Positions 47,223 through 57,771 are shown, counted from the first letter of the stretch. The stretch is DNA of 64,000 bases from an archaeon (GCA_024275415.1 JAJRZD010000043.1:10981-74980); one strand, 5' to 3'. Notes: generated from the sequence alone by a model not told the origin. A program made the numbers and translations.

Positions 47223-48325
47223 AAGAAATCAGTGACTGCTGCCTGAGCCGTAGACTCTTCGAGAGAGGAAACCTTCACCCCCAGTAGTCGGATGTGCTTG
47301 TTCTTGTTGCGACTCCGATTAAAGATTTCAAGTGCTACTCGTTCCAACAAAGAACCATCATCTGTTGCGACAGGGATGCTTTTGCTCCGCTGGATAGTGG
47401 AATAATCGCCATAGCGTATTTTCACAGTCACAGTGCGATATTTGAGAGACTTTGACAGAAGACGCTCTCTGATGGTATTGCAGATACTGCGTATCGTTTC
47501 ATGGAGATAGCCCACCGCATCGGGCTCCACATCTTCTATGAACGTCCTGTCCTTACTTATCGATTTCCTGATACGGGGGCCGTTATCTATCAATGGACGA
47601 TCATCTATCCCATTAGCACGCCTGAACAACCACACTGAGCCACGACCCATGATAGGCCACAATTCAGCCACTGTCATGGATTGTATCTGACCGATGGTCT
47701 TGATTCCGTGTCGTTCTAGTCGATCAGCAGTTTTTGTTCCGACGCCGTTCAATGCTTGTACATTCAATGGTGCAAGGAATCTCTTTACATCTTCCGGCCT
47801 GGGTCCAACAAGTGTAGTTCCAAGTGGTTTCTTTGTCCCCGTGGCTACCTTGGCGACTGACATGTTTGGGGCAATCCCGATAGAACAGGGGAGAAAGGTC
47901 TCTTGCCTTACTGACCTCTGAATCTCTCGTGCCATGGAAAGCGGACTAGGGAACTGCTGCACACCTCCGGTCACCTCGATATATGCCTCATCGATGCTGG
48001 CGCGTCGCACACGTCCACCATCTCCATATCGAGAAAGGATATCCATGAACTCCTGACTTGCTTCGACGTAGTTCGAGAAGTCACCATCCACGAATACAGC
48101 ATCTGGACAAAGACGGTATGCTTTTGAAACGGGCATTCCAGAACTAATGCCAAATGCCCTAGCTTCATACGAGGCAGCTCGGACAACACCACGCCCAGCC
48201 CCTTTCTTCGGGTCATGCCCCACGCAGACCGGGAGTCCTGCGAGTTCGGGATGAATACGATATTGTTCTACCGATGCGAAAAAGGCATCCATGTCGATGT
48301 GCATGATCCATCTTTGCATCGTCAC
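47219..48325 (-). CDS. dinB: Y-family DNA polymerase IV (DinB/Dpo4).
   Basis: HIDMDAFFASVE N-terminal motif. Length is about 365 aa. Confidence 0.85.
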   Translation of the reverse strand: MTMQRWIMHIDMDAFFASVEQYRIHPELAGLPVCVGHDPKKGAGRGVVRAASYEARAFGISSGMPVSKAYRLCPDAVFVDGDFSNYVEASQEFMDILSRYGDGGRVRRASIDEAYIEVTGGVQQFPSPLSMAREIQRSVRQETFLPCSIGIAPNMSVAKVATGTKKPLGTTLVGPRPEDVKRFLAPLNVQALNGVGTKTADRLERHGIKTIGQIQSMTVAELWPIMGRGSVWLFRRANGIDDRPLIDNGPRIRKSISKDRTFIEDVEPDAVGYLHETIRSICNTIRERLLSKSLKYRTVTVKIRYGDYSTIQRSKSIPVATDDGSLLERVALEIFNRSRNKNKHIRLLGVKVSSLEESTAQAAVTDFF

Positions 48326-48419
48326 AAACCATGATGCCTACCGCCAATGTCGATTAGACCTTTCTTTGAGATGTTTATGCCTTCAAGCATATCACAAGAT
48401 AGGAGAGAGGTTTCCGAAT

Positions 48420-49400
48420 CTATTCATGATATGACCGGAAGAAAGGATCCAGATCCACATTACCTCCGCTAATCAGCACGCCAACACGCCTCTCCACAAG
48501 ATCTCCAGAAATCTTTAGCAGCGCTGCTAGTGATACAGCCCCTGAAGGTTCTACGACAAGCTTCATCCGTTCAAGTAATAACCGCATCGCATTCAGGATC
48601 TCCTCTTCGCTCACCGTGACGATTCTGTCTGTGTGCCTTCGGATTATATCGAAGGTGATGTCCCCAAGGTTTGTGCGTAGTCCGTCTGCAATCGTATTAG
48701 GATTCACACTTGGATAGATTTTACCATCACGAACAGAACGATATGCATCATCAGCCTTCTCCGGTTCTCCAGCGATGACCAGTGTGTCCTCTGAGATACC
48801 TTTCACCGCAATCGAAGTCCCACTAAGAAAACCTCCACCCCCTACAGGCGCAAAGACCGCATCTAGTGGGGCATGATCCTGAAGCAGTTCGAGTGCGGCA
48901 GTCCCTGCTCCTGCAATGATCCTCTCATCGTTGTAAGGATGGATCATTGTGAAACCATGCTCTTCGACCAATCGATTTGCGGTTTGCACTCTACTCTCCA
49001 CATTGTTCTTACAAAACACAATCTCTGCACCATACCCTCGTGTGGCATTGACTTTGACCTTGGGCGAATTCTCAGGCATGACGATGGTCGCTTTTACGCC
49101 CAGCATACTTGCTGCAAGAGACAATGCCTGGGCATGATTGCCTGATGAGTGCGTGACGACACCTCGTGAACGTTCCTCATCGTTCAGTAACAGAATTGTG
49201 TTTAGCGCTCCCCGAAATTTGAACGCACCCCCTCGCTGCATGTTCTCACATTTGAAAAAGACCTTGCAGCCTGTCAATCTATCAATCGTTCGAGAAGTCA
49301 TCACAGGAGTGCGGTTTGCGTGTTCCTTGATGCGTTCCTGTGCAGCAAGAATATCGTTTAGGTCTACCATTGTGCCATGCCGCCATTTCTCACTCGTCAC
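48420..49400 (-). CDS. PLP-dependent threonine/serine dehydratase (fold-type II).
   Basis: PLP-lysine motif GAFKFRGALN. Gly-rich loop PVGGGGF. Length is about 325 aa. Confidence 0.8.
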   Translation of the reverse strand: MTSEKWRHGTMVDLNDILAAQERIKEHANRTPVMTSRTIDRLTGCKVFFKCENMQRGGAFKFRGALNTILLLNDEERSRGVVTHSSGNHAQALSLAASMLGVKATIVMPENSPKVKVNATRGYGAEIVFCKNNVESRVQTANRLVEEHGFTMIHPYNDERIIAGAGTAALELLQDHAPLDAVFAPVGGGGFLSGTSIAVKGISEDTLVIAGEPEKADDAYRSVRDGKIYPSVNPNTIADGLRTNLGDITFDIIRRHTDRIVTVSEEEILNAMRLLLERMKLVVEPSGAVSLAALLKISGDLVERRVGVLISGGNVDLDPFFRSYHE

Positions 49401-50200
49401 GAGTTGGACTCTATAAACGCGATAGCAGATTCCAAGTCTTCGCGTGTGTCCAGCTCCAAGATGACCGGTCCATCGAACTGGATACGATCCAGCATATTAA
49501 GGACACTCTTGAAATCGATAGTGCCATTTCCCAGAGTCATATGCTCATCAGATGTCCCGTTGTTGTCGTGCAGATGCACTTCAATGAGATATGATTGCAT
49601 CTGTTCAAAATATTCTCCAAGAGCAATACCTGCCGTGTTTGCGTGGCCGACATCTATCACAGCACCGACATCGAAATCAGCAAATTCGTGTACGACCTCG
49701 TGGTGTTCATCCGGGAACAGGATTACTTCCCTGTCAAGCCCTATCTGCTTGTTTTCCAACCCGATGCGAACCCCACGGTCGTGGGCATACATGGCAAGCT
49801 CAAGTAGGCTCGCCCTGAAGCGCTGGATGGCATTATCATGTTTGCTAATCTGATTGATGGAACAAGAACCACCATGCACCACAAGGATTGATGCACCAAT
49901 CTCCACAGTAAAGTCCACGCATTCTTTCAAGATGTCAAGAGAAGCGCGACGTATCCGTTCCTTGAAGCTTGAGAGATTGATGTCATCATAGGGCGCGTGT
50001 GTGGTAGGGATCACACTCGCAGAGCCGAGAGAGTCCAATATCGTAGTCTTTGTCGTGTGGTCGATATCAGGTGGTGTAATTGGGGGCTCTAGTTGAATCT
50101 CGATGTGTTCAAGACCTAGTTCCTGACACATTCCAAGAAATTCGGGGAATGGAATAGGACATCCGTTGAAATAGGATGCACCTAGTCTGATAGGGGTCAT
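49397..50200 (-). CDS. Sugar phosphate isomerase/epimerase (xylose-isomerase-like TIM barrel).
   Basis: 267-aa TIM-barrel pattern (IRLGASYF...LGLEHIEIQLE...VHLHDN). It overlaps the dehydratase gene by 4 nt. Confidence 0.6.
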   Translation of the reverse strand: MTPIRLGASYFNGCPIPFPEFLGMCQELGLEHIEIQLEPPITPPDIDHTTKTTILDSLGSASVIPTTHAPYDDINLSSFKERIRRASLDILKECVDFTVEIGASILVVHGGSCSINQISKHDNAIQRFRASLLELAMYAHDRGVRIGLENKQIGLDREVILFPDEHHEVVHEFADFDVGAVIDVGHANTAGIALGEYFEQMQSYLIEVHLHDNNGTSDEHMTLGNGTIDFKSVLNMLDRIQFDGPVILELDTREDLESAIAFIESNS

Positions 50201-50318
50201 AGGGGTTCAGTCCTTGCAATCTCCCCGGAGAAGCAAAAGGTTATGAAAGTATCAGTAGGACAGTCATTGAGATTGCACGACCTTTTTCATAGATCTGGAT
50301 GCGATTATCGGGAGGAAT

Positions 50319-52688
50319 GTGCTGATGCTACGAAGGATGTCATCAATTACCATTCTTGCATTACTCGTAGCACTCCACCCCTATTCCTATAGTGGATTCG
50401 GGGTTACCGAGCTCGCACAGAACAGATTCCTACCAAGCCAGATAACACACGACCCTCTCTATATCACACACGACAGCGATTTCCAACGCTATGGCTTTCC
50501 GGGAAGCGGCACCGAGGACGACCCGTATATAATAGAGAATTTACTAATAGGTTCGGATGCTCCAAGCCTCGTGATATCATATGTTTCTGCTTATTTTGTC
50601 GTTCGAAAATCTATCTTCGAGTCCTCCTATTCTCAGGACACTGAACCAAAACCAGTGGTAGACGTCCGATTCTCAGAAAATGGCGTATTCAATAACTGTC
50701 TCATTGTTGGAGGTGACATAGGGATAAGTATTCTTGACAGTTTCAATATGAAATTTGAAAGACTCACTATCTCTGAGCCCTCCGTGCTTTCTATCAACGA
50801 AAACGCATCTGGGAACATCACTGTAAGAGATACGACGTTTATCGGAGGTGGTGGAATCATAATTGAATCTCCATTGCGCGGTTCGAGCAACGACATCTCC
50901 AACTGCACGATTGACGGAAAACAGATCGGGTACTTTAGTGGTGATGAAGACCTAGTATTGGATGCGTCAGACTATGGACAAGTGATATTGAATCAGTGTG
51001 AGAACATCACAATTGCGAACATGACCTCATATCAGGTAGCTGCCCCAATCCAAATCACTGGCTCGATTGATTGCTCTGTAGTAAATGCTAACGTGACTTC
51101 CATATTTCATTCGTCGATATATTTCCAAAGCTCCACAGGCATAACAATCCAAGACAGCATCCTGACGAATTATGGGATCAAAATCGAAGGGGAGTTCCTT
51201 TATCACTGGGATCATAGAATCAGTGATACGACAGTGAACGGGCAGGCGGTTCAATTCCATCATTCTGAAGCAAACGTCGAGATATCAAACGTGAAGATTG
51301 GACAGCTTATTTTAGTGAACTGTAATAATTTCACAATTGAGAATGTATTGATAAATAGGGCAAACGATCAACTTACGATTGCGTTTTCTTCTAATGTCCG
51401 TATCCAGAAAGTGACCTTATCGAACTCGTTATCTGTGGGAATTACAATGCTCAAGAGCGAGAGCATCACGGTCACTGAGAGTAGCATCACGAAGACTTCA
51501 TCAAATGCGGTGTATATCAGTGACTGCTCTAACGTTAGCTTGCGCGCAAACAAGATTGAAAGCGGTGAGAACGGGCTATTCATCTTCGATACTCATGGTT
51601 ATACAATCGTTGAGAACTCGGTCTTTGCAAATCTCATCGGCATTCTGAATTCCGAGGCGGGCAAGTGTACAATTGAAAGGAATAATATCACTGCGGATGC
51701 AGCAATTCACATATCCAATGGATTTGAGGCAACCATTATCGAGAACCGAATTGAAACCTCAACAGAATTAATGCTAATCCGCTCCAGCTACAATATCAAT
51801 ATCACTGGAAATGAGTTCGCACCATACTTCCATGGAATACTGATCGAAGATAGCCTTGCTATTTTGGTCACACGTAGTACGTTCGAGGGTGTTTCTTATG
51901 CGATTCAGACAGCAAGTTCCCAGAATGTAGAGATAGATGAATGCGAGTTCAATGGCAGTGAGGGGATAGTGTTCGATCATTCACAAATACTGTCCATCAG
52001 GAATTCGTCTTTTAGGACTATGTATCCAGCACTATCATATGAAGCATGCACCTTTGTGAATATCACAGGGAGCACCATATCCTCAAGAGGAATCATCCTA
52101 TCGGATGTGTCTTGGGGGACAATCCAGTTCACAAACATCATTGACTGTTCAGGTGTTGGTATTTTGATGACGAATGTGAACACGTACGATGTCGTATCCT
52201 CAGTAGTCCAGAACAATACTGGGGATGGTATCAATGTCCTAGGATCGTCAGGTATCAATATAGCCAGCAGTAAGGTCATCCAGAATGGCGATGATGGGAT
52301 ATCGTTGCGAGATGTGACCGGTTCAATAATCAGTGGCAATAACATCTCATTCAATGCACACTATGGTATTAGAGTGTCAGGTAGATCCGCTCAGAATTCC
52401 ATCTACAACAACCATATTGGATTCAACGGGAAAAGTAACGCCTTGGACGAGTCTGGTAATAACACATGGGACGACGGTATGTCCATGGGCAACTACTGGA
52501 GTGACTGGAATAGGGCATATATCTATGTGATTCCAGGAACGGGAGGAGGAGTAGACCGTTATCCACAGAGATACGAGATTGCTCAGGCTTCGACAAAGCT
52601 GCAACCTACCATACTTGCGTCAGCTATTGTGGTCTGCGTCCTTGCTCTAATGATATGGGTCAGAAGAAAGAAACAAGGGGTCAAATGA
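50319..52688 (+). CDS. Surface-anchored protein with right-handed parallel beta-helix (PbH1) repeats, an N-terminal signal peptide and a C-terminal TM anchor.
   Basis: Numerous N-I-T/S-x-N repeats (NCTIDG, NITIAN, NVEISN, NITGN...). Signal peptide MLMLRRMSSITILALLVAL. C-terminal ILASAIVVCVLALMIWVRRKKQ. Confidence 0.6.
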   Translation: MLMLRRMSSITILALLVALHPYSYSGFGVTELAQNRFLPSQITHDPLYITHDSDFQRYGFPGSGTEDDPYIIENLLIGSDAPSLVISYVSAYFVVRKSIFESSYSQDTEPKPVVDVRFSENGVFNNCLIVGGDIGISILDSFNMKFERLTISEPSVLSINENASGNITVRDTTFIGGGGIIIESPLRGSSNDISNCTIDGKQIGYFSGDEDLVLDASDYGQVILNQCENITIANMTSYQVAAPIQITGSIDCSVVNANVTSIFHSSIYFQSSTGITIQDSILTNYGIKIEGEFLYHWDHRISDTTVNGQAVQFHHSEANVEISNVKIGQLILVNCNNFTIENVLINRANDQLTIAFSSNVRIQKVTLSNSLSVGITMLKSESITVTESSITKTSSNAVYISDCSNVSLRANKIESGENGLFIFDTHGYTIVENSVFANLIGILNSEAGKCTIERNNITADAAIHISNGFEATIIENRIETSTELMLIRSSYNINITGNEFAPYFHGILIEDSLAILVTRSTFEGVSYAIQTASSQNVEIDECEFNGSEGIVFDHSQILSIRNSSFRTMYPALSYEACTFVNITGSTISSRGIILSDVSWGTIQFTNIIDCSGVGILMTNVNTYDVVSSVVQNNTGDGINVLGSSGINIASSKVIQNGDDGISLRDVTGSIISGNNISFNAHYGIRVSGRSAQNSIYNNHIGFNGKSNALDESGNNTWDDGMSMGNYWSDWNRAYIYVIPGTGGGVDRYPQRYEIAQASTKLQPTILASAIVVCVLALMIWVRRKKQGVK

Positions 52689-53182
52689 TAATGAGAGGGA
52701 TGCGAAGGAACGAAAAGGCCATCCAGAGCAATGAAGAGATGACAGCGATTCTAAGAAAGGTTAACTTTGTCACCATCGCTATGTGTGATGGAAATGAGCC
52801 ATACTTGGTCACCTTGAGCCATGGTTATGACGAGAGCAAGAACTGCATCTATTTCCACTGCGCACAGGAAGGCAAGAAGATAGACATTTTGAAGGAAAAT
52901 AATATCGTATGGGGACAGGCGCTACAAGACCATGGCTATGACACTGGCGAATGTGACCACCATTATGCCACAGTGCATTTCAAAGGGCGTGTGACCTTTA
53001 TTGATGACATAAAAGAGAAAAGGCAGGCACTCATTGTCATGATTCGGCAGTTGGAGGCAGAGCCTCAAACAGTCGTTGACAGGCAGATCTCTGAGCAGTC
53101 ACTGAAACGTGTGAACATCGGCAGAATAGACATCGAGTACATGACGGGCAAGAAGTCAAAGGAAGTTGTCATCTCCCTATGA
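52685..53182 (+). CDS. Pyridoxamine 5'-phosphate oxidase-like FMN-binding split-barrel protein.
   Basis: The pattern is AILRKVNFVTIAMCDGNEPYLVTLSHGYDE...IYFHCAQEGKK. The listed ORF starts at 52655, and I chose an internal Met to avoid overlap with the upstream gene. Confidence 0.55.
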   Translation: MIMRGMRRNEKAIQSNEEMTAILRKVNFVTIAMCDGNEPYLVTLSHGYDESKNCIYFHCAQEGKKIDILKENNIVWGQALQDHGYDTGECDHHYATVHFKGRVTFIDDIKEKRQALIVMIRQLEAEPQTVVDRQISEQSLKRVNIGRIDIEYMTGKKSKEVVISL

Positions 53183-53584
53183 CCCAAGAGAAGAGGAAAG
53201 TTCCTTCAAAACCTTGATGGCCTTCTTGGCATCCTTCTCTCTGACGAAAAGGTGGTCATGATGATATGCAGACACGACATTGACACTAATCTCATGCTTT
53301 GCTAATGTGGTTGAGATAGCAGCGATAAAGCCTATTGCCGTAAGGCTTGATTGAACAGAAAGTTCAATCCATGTCCAGACTTCTCCATAGGACAGTCCCA
53401 GCCTCCGCGCTATGACTCTTGGAATCACGACTGTGAACCCCTCGACCTCTTTGAAGAGAAGCAGAGGGTCAATTGGCGTTTCTGGAAGATTCTCCCATCC
53501 CAACGTGCAGAACACAAGGTCAGTCTGCCGAATCACGGGATCCATGGATCTCAGTAGTTCTGAAACGTCTTCGACTCCAGTCAT
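53177..53584 (-). CDS. Small ACT-domain protein (COG3603-like).
   Basis: 136 aa from the Met at 53584, ending ...SLTAIGFIAAISTTLAKHEISVNVVSAYHHDHLFV. The longer listed ORF (to 53761) would overlap the nitroreductase CDS. The start codon abuts the nitroreductase stop. Confidence 0.5.
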   Translation of the reverse strand: MTGVEDVSELLRSMDPVIRQTDLVFCTLGWENLPETPIDPLLLFKEVEGFTVVIPRVIARRLGLSYGEVWTWIELSVQSSLTAIGFIAAISTTLAKHEISVNVVSAYHHDHLFVREKDAKKAIKVLKELSSSLGS

Positions 53585-54093
53585 TTTTTGCCACCATAGA
53601 ACTCGTAAGAAACCAGATTCTCCAACGGCTCTCTCGTGCGTGTTGCCTTGAGGTCTGTATAGCCAACTGATATTGCACACACGACCCTGAATTTGTCTGG
53701 AATCTGTAGGAGGTCTCTGAATTTGTGTTCGATTGGAGTGTCCCGAACGCCCATCCAGCATGTTCCCAGACCAAGCTCGTAAGCAGCAAGCAACATGTTC
53801 TGCACAGCGTTGTGTGGGTCAGCCAGATAATACTTGGGATGCTTGTCAGGGTCTCCAAGGACGACAATCACCACCGGGGACTGCGACATGAACCGTCCGT
53901 ATGGGTGGTTATCTGCAAGTTCCTTTCGCATTGTTCCATCTGTGACCACAATGAAATGCCAGGGCTGTTTGTTGGACGCAGAAGGAGCCCACCGCCCAGC
54001 CTCAAGGATCTGCTGTATCTTCTCATCCTCGACTTGTTTGCTGGTATATTTCCTAATACTTCTTCGACCAAGAATCGCTTGCATGGTGTCCAT
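53581..54093 (-). CDS. Nitroreductase-family flavoprotein.
   Basis: AILGRRSIRKY...APSASNKQPWHFIVV is the classic nitroreductase N-terminus. Confidence 0.8.
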   Translation of the reverse strand: MDTMQAILGRRSIRKYTSKQVEDEKIQQILEAGRWAPSASNKQPWHFIVVTDGTMRKELADNHPYGRFMSQSPVVIVVLGDPDKHPKYYLADPHNAVQNMLLAAYELGLGTCWMGVRDTPIEHKFRDLLQIPDKFRVVCAISVGYTDLKATRTREPLENLVSYEFYGGKK

Positions 54094-54403
54094 CGCAATC
54101 GCCTCTGGGTTGGATTTGGAGCTAATGAAGGCATCGATGGCACCATTTCAGAGCTGGAATATGACAGATACAGGACAGAGGTGGATACAGTTACCACTAC
54201 TTTTGGCGAGAACGACTCATTGTGGACATAGGTACACGAACCATCCAATAATAGACAGCACATAGTAACATGCTGAAGAGATGGTAGATGCTCTCACAGG
54301 CAGAACTAATAAGTCCGTGGCGGCAATGGTTCCGAGTACTTAAGTTGGACATCTTTACATCAAGTAGTGAAATGCTCAATCGTGAGGGACAATGTGATTT
54401 ATA

Positions 54404-55087
54404 ATGCCAAAGATAAAAATAAACCTCTCGAAGACAGAGTACATGGTTGGGGACACCGTAACGGGGACAGTCGAGGTTTCTGCTGAGGACGACTTTGACT
54501 TTACTGAGATGTACATCGAGTACATCTGCGAAGAGCATACACGATTCTCAACGGGATCTGGTGATTCTAGACATACTCATAGTGAATCTTTCCTCCATCA
54601 CTCAAAACGGGTAATACTCATGGAGCCAGGAACCTTTACAGGGAGTACCAAGTCATTCGCTTTCAGCTTTGAGATTCTTGAAGGACTCCCAATCAGCTTT
54701 GACAGTTCTGAGGGGTGGATTGAACACGAATTGAAAGCAAAGATTGGACGAAAATGGAGGCTCGACCCAAGGGACTCGATTCAACTGGCGGTCACTGGAA
54801 AACCGCAGACGGTCGTGCCGAAACAGGAAAGCAAGTCACTCATCGAGGATGAAACAGTCCTTTTAGAGGTCGAGATTGAGAACACTGAGATCTGTTTGGG
54901 AGAGGACATCAAAATAAGCTACAGAGTGGACGACCTGATCAAAATGAGGGGAGTTCGCTTTGACCTTGAGAGTATTGTAGTTGTGACCGCTAGGGGCACT
55001 AGATCAACAACAAGAAAGAACTACGGTTCTTATTTTGTGCCCAAAGAGGTCATCATTCCAAGAAGCTTGAACAGGATAACCCTATAG
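54404..55087 (+). CDS. Arrestin-like / Spo0M-family domain protein.
   Basis: 227-aa beta-rich pattern (KINLSKTEYMVGDTVTGTVEVSAEDDF...ILMEPGTFTGSTKSFAFSFEI) resembling the Spo0M/arrestin-N fold. The call is by pattern only. Confidence 0.4.
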   Translation: MPKIKINLSKTEYMVGDTVTGTVEVSAEDDFDFTEMYIEYICEEHTRFSTGSGDSRHTHSESFLHHSKRVILMEPGTFTGSTKSFAFSFEILEGLPISFDSSEGWIEHELKAKIGRKWRLDPRDSIQLAVTGKPQTVVPKQESKSLIEDETVLLEVEIENTEICLGEDIKISYRVDDLIKMRGVRFDLESIVVVTARGTRSTTRKNYGSYFVPKEVIIPRSLNRITL

Positions 55088-55339
55088 ACAACAAAAGAGA
55101 TGTACTTACCGTATCAAGGGCCACTGATTAGAGTTTCACTCATACTTAAGGCAGTGATTGACATCCCCTTGAGATTTGATAAGAAGTTGAAGTTCGATAT
55201 CAATACATATAGAGGATGTATGAAGTCTGACTCGAGTGACGACTTTGAGTCCTTGTGGGATTGGCAATAGTTTACACAGCGCATAACAAAATACTCAAAA
55301 CACGCCGGTCTTGGTCAGTGATGAGGCGGACACTAGGCA

Positions 55340-56779
55340 ATGCACATCAAGACCTCAAGGACACATCTCACAAGCATAGGTGTTGACATTGGTTCTTCTA
55401 CCTCGCATGTCGTGTTCTCACGCATCACATTGGAGAGGGATATGAGCAGTAGAACCGAGAAATTCAGGATAACAAAACGAGAGATAATCCACTCGGGGCC
55501 CGTGCATCTCACCCCTTTCAAGGATAAAGTAACAATCGATTATGATGCGCTCCGTAATCTTCTGCTTTCTGATTATGCAGCCGCGGGACTTGAGATTGAT
55601 AGTGTTGACACAGGTGCAGTCATCATAACAGGGGAGACCGCTAAGAAGAAGAATGCCGAAGAGATTGTGAATGCTCTCGCAAGCGAAACTGGCAAGTTCG
55701 TTGCTGCAACAGCGGGACCGAATTTCGAGTCTGTCCTTGCAGCTTATGGCTCAGGCGCAGTCGCAAGATCTGAGGAGTCAGGCAAGACGATCATGAACGT
55801 TGATGTAGGTGGGGGCTCATCTAACATCGCAATCTGCAAGGATGGCAGAGTGATAACTACTACTGCTATCAACGTGGGTGGAAGGCTCCTTGCAACTGAC
55901 GGGAATGACATTGTGGTAAGGCTGGAAGACACCGCACAGAATGTCGCACATGCCATCGGACTTTCGATTAATCTTGGCGACCAAATAAAAGAGCGCATTA
56001 AGAAACGGATGAGTCATGCCCTTGCAGAAGCACTCATCGAAGTGCTGATAGGACCACCCACGTCCACCATTGCTGAGATGCTACTGATGACTGAACCAAT
56101 GCACTTCATCAGCAAAATTGATGAGATTACGTTCTCAGGGGGCGTGGCTGAGTACATCTACGGCAAAGAAGAACGGGATTTCATGGATCTTGGAAAATAC
56201 CTTGCTGAGGACATCTGGCAGCTGGCAAAGGAGAAAGGTCTGCCCATAGCAGAACCAACGCACAAAATCCGTGCCACCGTGATTGGGGCTGGACAGTTCA
56301 ATTTGCAGGTGAGCGGATCCACCACATTCCTCTCGGCTGGGCTAGCATACCCGTTCAGGAATCTGCCAGTCGTCACACCCACAATTGAAAGGGGGAGAGC
56401 AAAGGCTGACGCTGTAAACAATGCTATACGGAACGCCCTCAAGCTCTTTGACCTGATAGAGGGCGAAGACGAAATGATTCTCGCGTTCAATGACGCAGTA
56501 CGACCTTCATATGAGAACCTGACTGAATTCGCAAAGGGTGTTGTTGCTGCACTGCCAAAGACAATCTCATCAGGCAAGCCGCTGTTCATGTGCTTTGATT
56601 CCGACATCGGGAACAGTGTAGGCAACGTGATGCGTAGGGAAACTGGAGTAACGAACGATATTCTCTCAATTGATGAGATCGAATTAAGTGCTGGTGACTT
56701 TGTGGATATCGGCGAGCCAATCATCGAGGGCGTAGTGGTGCCTGTTGTTGTGAAGAAACTGGTCTTCGATTCCGAATAA
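55340..56779 (+). CDS. EutA-like ASKHA-fold ATPase (ethanolamine ammonia-lyase reactivase family), orphan in this window.
   Basis: The N-terminus SIGVDIGSSTSHVVFSRITLER...DSVDTGAVIITGETAKKKNAEEI...FVAATAGPNFESVLAAYGSGA...NVDVGGGSSNIAICKDGRV...AINVGGRLL aligns closely with E. coli EutA from memory. Confidence 0.65.
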   Translation: MHIKTSRTHLTSIGVDIGSSTSHVVFSRITLERDMSSRTEKFRITKREIIHSGPVHLTPFKDKVTIDYDALRNLLLSDYAAAGLEIDSVDTGAVIITGETAKKKNAEEIVNALASETGKFVAATAGPNFESVLAAYGSGAVARSEESGKTIMNVDVGGGSSNIAICKDGRVITTTAINVGGRLLATDGNDIVVRLEDTAQNVAHAIGLSINLGDQIKERIKKRMSHALAEALIEVLIGPPTSTIAEMLLMTEPMHFISKIDEITFSGGVAEYIYGKEERDFMDLGKYLAEDIWQLAKEKGLPIAEPTHKIRATVIGAGQFNLQVSGSTTFLSAGLAYPFRNLPVVTPTIERGRAKADAVNNAIRNALKLFDLIEGEDEMILAFNDAVRPSYENLTEFAKGVVAALPKTISSGKPLFMCFDSDIGNSVGNVMRRETGVTNDILSIDEIELSAGDFVDIGEPIIEGVVVPVVVKKLVFDSE

Positions 56780-56854
56780 CTCTCATAACCTCATAGAAAC
56801 ATTGGAAGTGCGAACCAAAAGCACTTCAAGCTTGAAACCGGAAGAGATGATGCT

Positions 56855-57754
56855 ATGAACAGCGACAGTCCAGAATATCATATCAGACCGCTGGAGGGAT
56901 CTGATGAGGAGGACATCTTAGAGATCGCAAAACACACATGGGATGGACATGACTATCTGCCATTCTATTTTCGCAGGTGGCTTGAGAACAAGGATTGCCA
57001 TACTGCTGCGATTATCATCAGCAACAAGGTCGCTGCGTTGGCGAATCTTCGTGTCATCGAGAAGGGAAAGACAGGGTGGATGGAGGGACTCCGCGTCCAC
57101 CTACGCCACCGAGGAAAAGGGCTTGCGTCCGTGCTGACCCGATATCTGGTGAGGAAAGCAGTCGAGATAGGAGTCCAACGTTTGCGTTATACAACGGCAT
57201 CTGACAACACAGCCTCGCTTCATCTAGCGAAATCAATAGGACTGTCACCAATCCATGAGATGGGCATATTTTGGTACAGCGAGTCCGCAAACGTATCATG
57301 GGGTCAAGAGCTCAAATCTGTGATTCCAGCAGACCCTTCAGACATTCTCACATTAGTAGCATCCCCTAGGCTTTTCCAGAAAGGCATAATCATGCATGAC
57401 TGGAAGGCATATGATGCCTCGGTAGAGGCAGTCAAATACCTGAAGGATGCGAAGTTCTGGGTTGCAGGAAACGAGAACGGGGTGATGTCCATCTCAATAG
57501 GGAACGAACGGGGTGAAGGGGAGAAGAACATCTGGTGTGTAAGCATCCATGCATTATCCAAGGATCATTTGCTCTCACATCTCTCATATCATTTTGCAAC
57601 CGCAAGGGATAAGTTCGATGGACTATTTGTAATGTACCCGTTGAAGTACACCGAAGACCTCAAGCAGATTCCATGGATTATGAAACACCACCGGGAGAGG
57701 GAAGAGTTGATGAGGATGATTCTTCTTGAAAAAGTGCTGGGAGAAACCTCGTAG
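56855..57754 (+). CDS. GNAT-family N-acetyltransferase with an extra C-terminal domain.
   Basis: The segment RVHLRHRGKGLASVL...YTTASDNTASLHLAKSIG is a GNAT acetyl-CoA binding motif. Confidence 0.65.
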   Translation: MNSDSPEYHIRPLEGSDEEDILEIAKHTWDGHDYLPFYFRRWLENKDCHTAAIIISNKVAALANLRVIEKGKTGWMEGLRVHLRHRGKGLASVLTRYLVRKAVEIGVQRLRYTTASDNTASLHLAKSIGLSPIHEMGIFWYSESANVSWGQELKSVIPADPSDILTLVASPRLFQKGIIMHDWKAYDASVEAVKYLKDAKFWVAGNENGVMSISIGNERGEGEKNIWCVSIHALSKDHLLSHLSYHFATARDKFDGLFVMYPLKYTEDLKQIPWIMKHHREREELMRMILLEKVLGETS

Positions 57755-57771
57755 CCGGATGGAGATGATAT

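Noticed and set aside
53725-54265. Three mutually overlapping ORFs (53725..54231 +, 53834..54265 +, 53868..54263 -).
   Set aside because: They overlap the well-supported nitroreductase CDS and each other, and they lack recognisable motifs. They are likely spurious.
55340-56779. Calling the locus an ethanolamine-utilisation (eut) operon.
   Set aside because: Only the EutA-like gene is present. No EutB/EutC, EutH or shell genes occur nearby.
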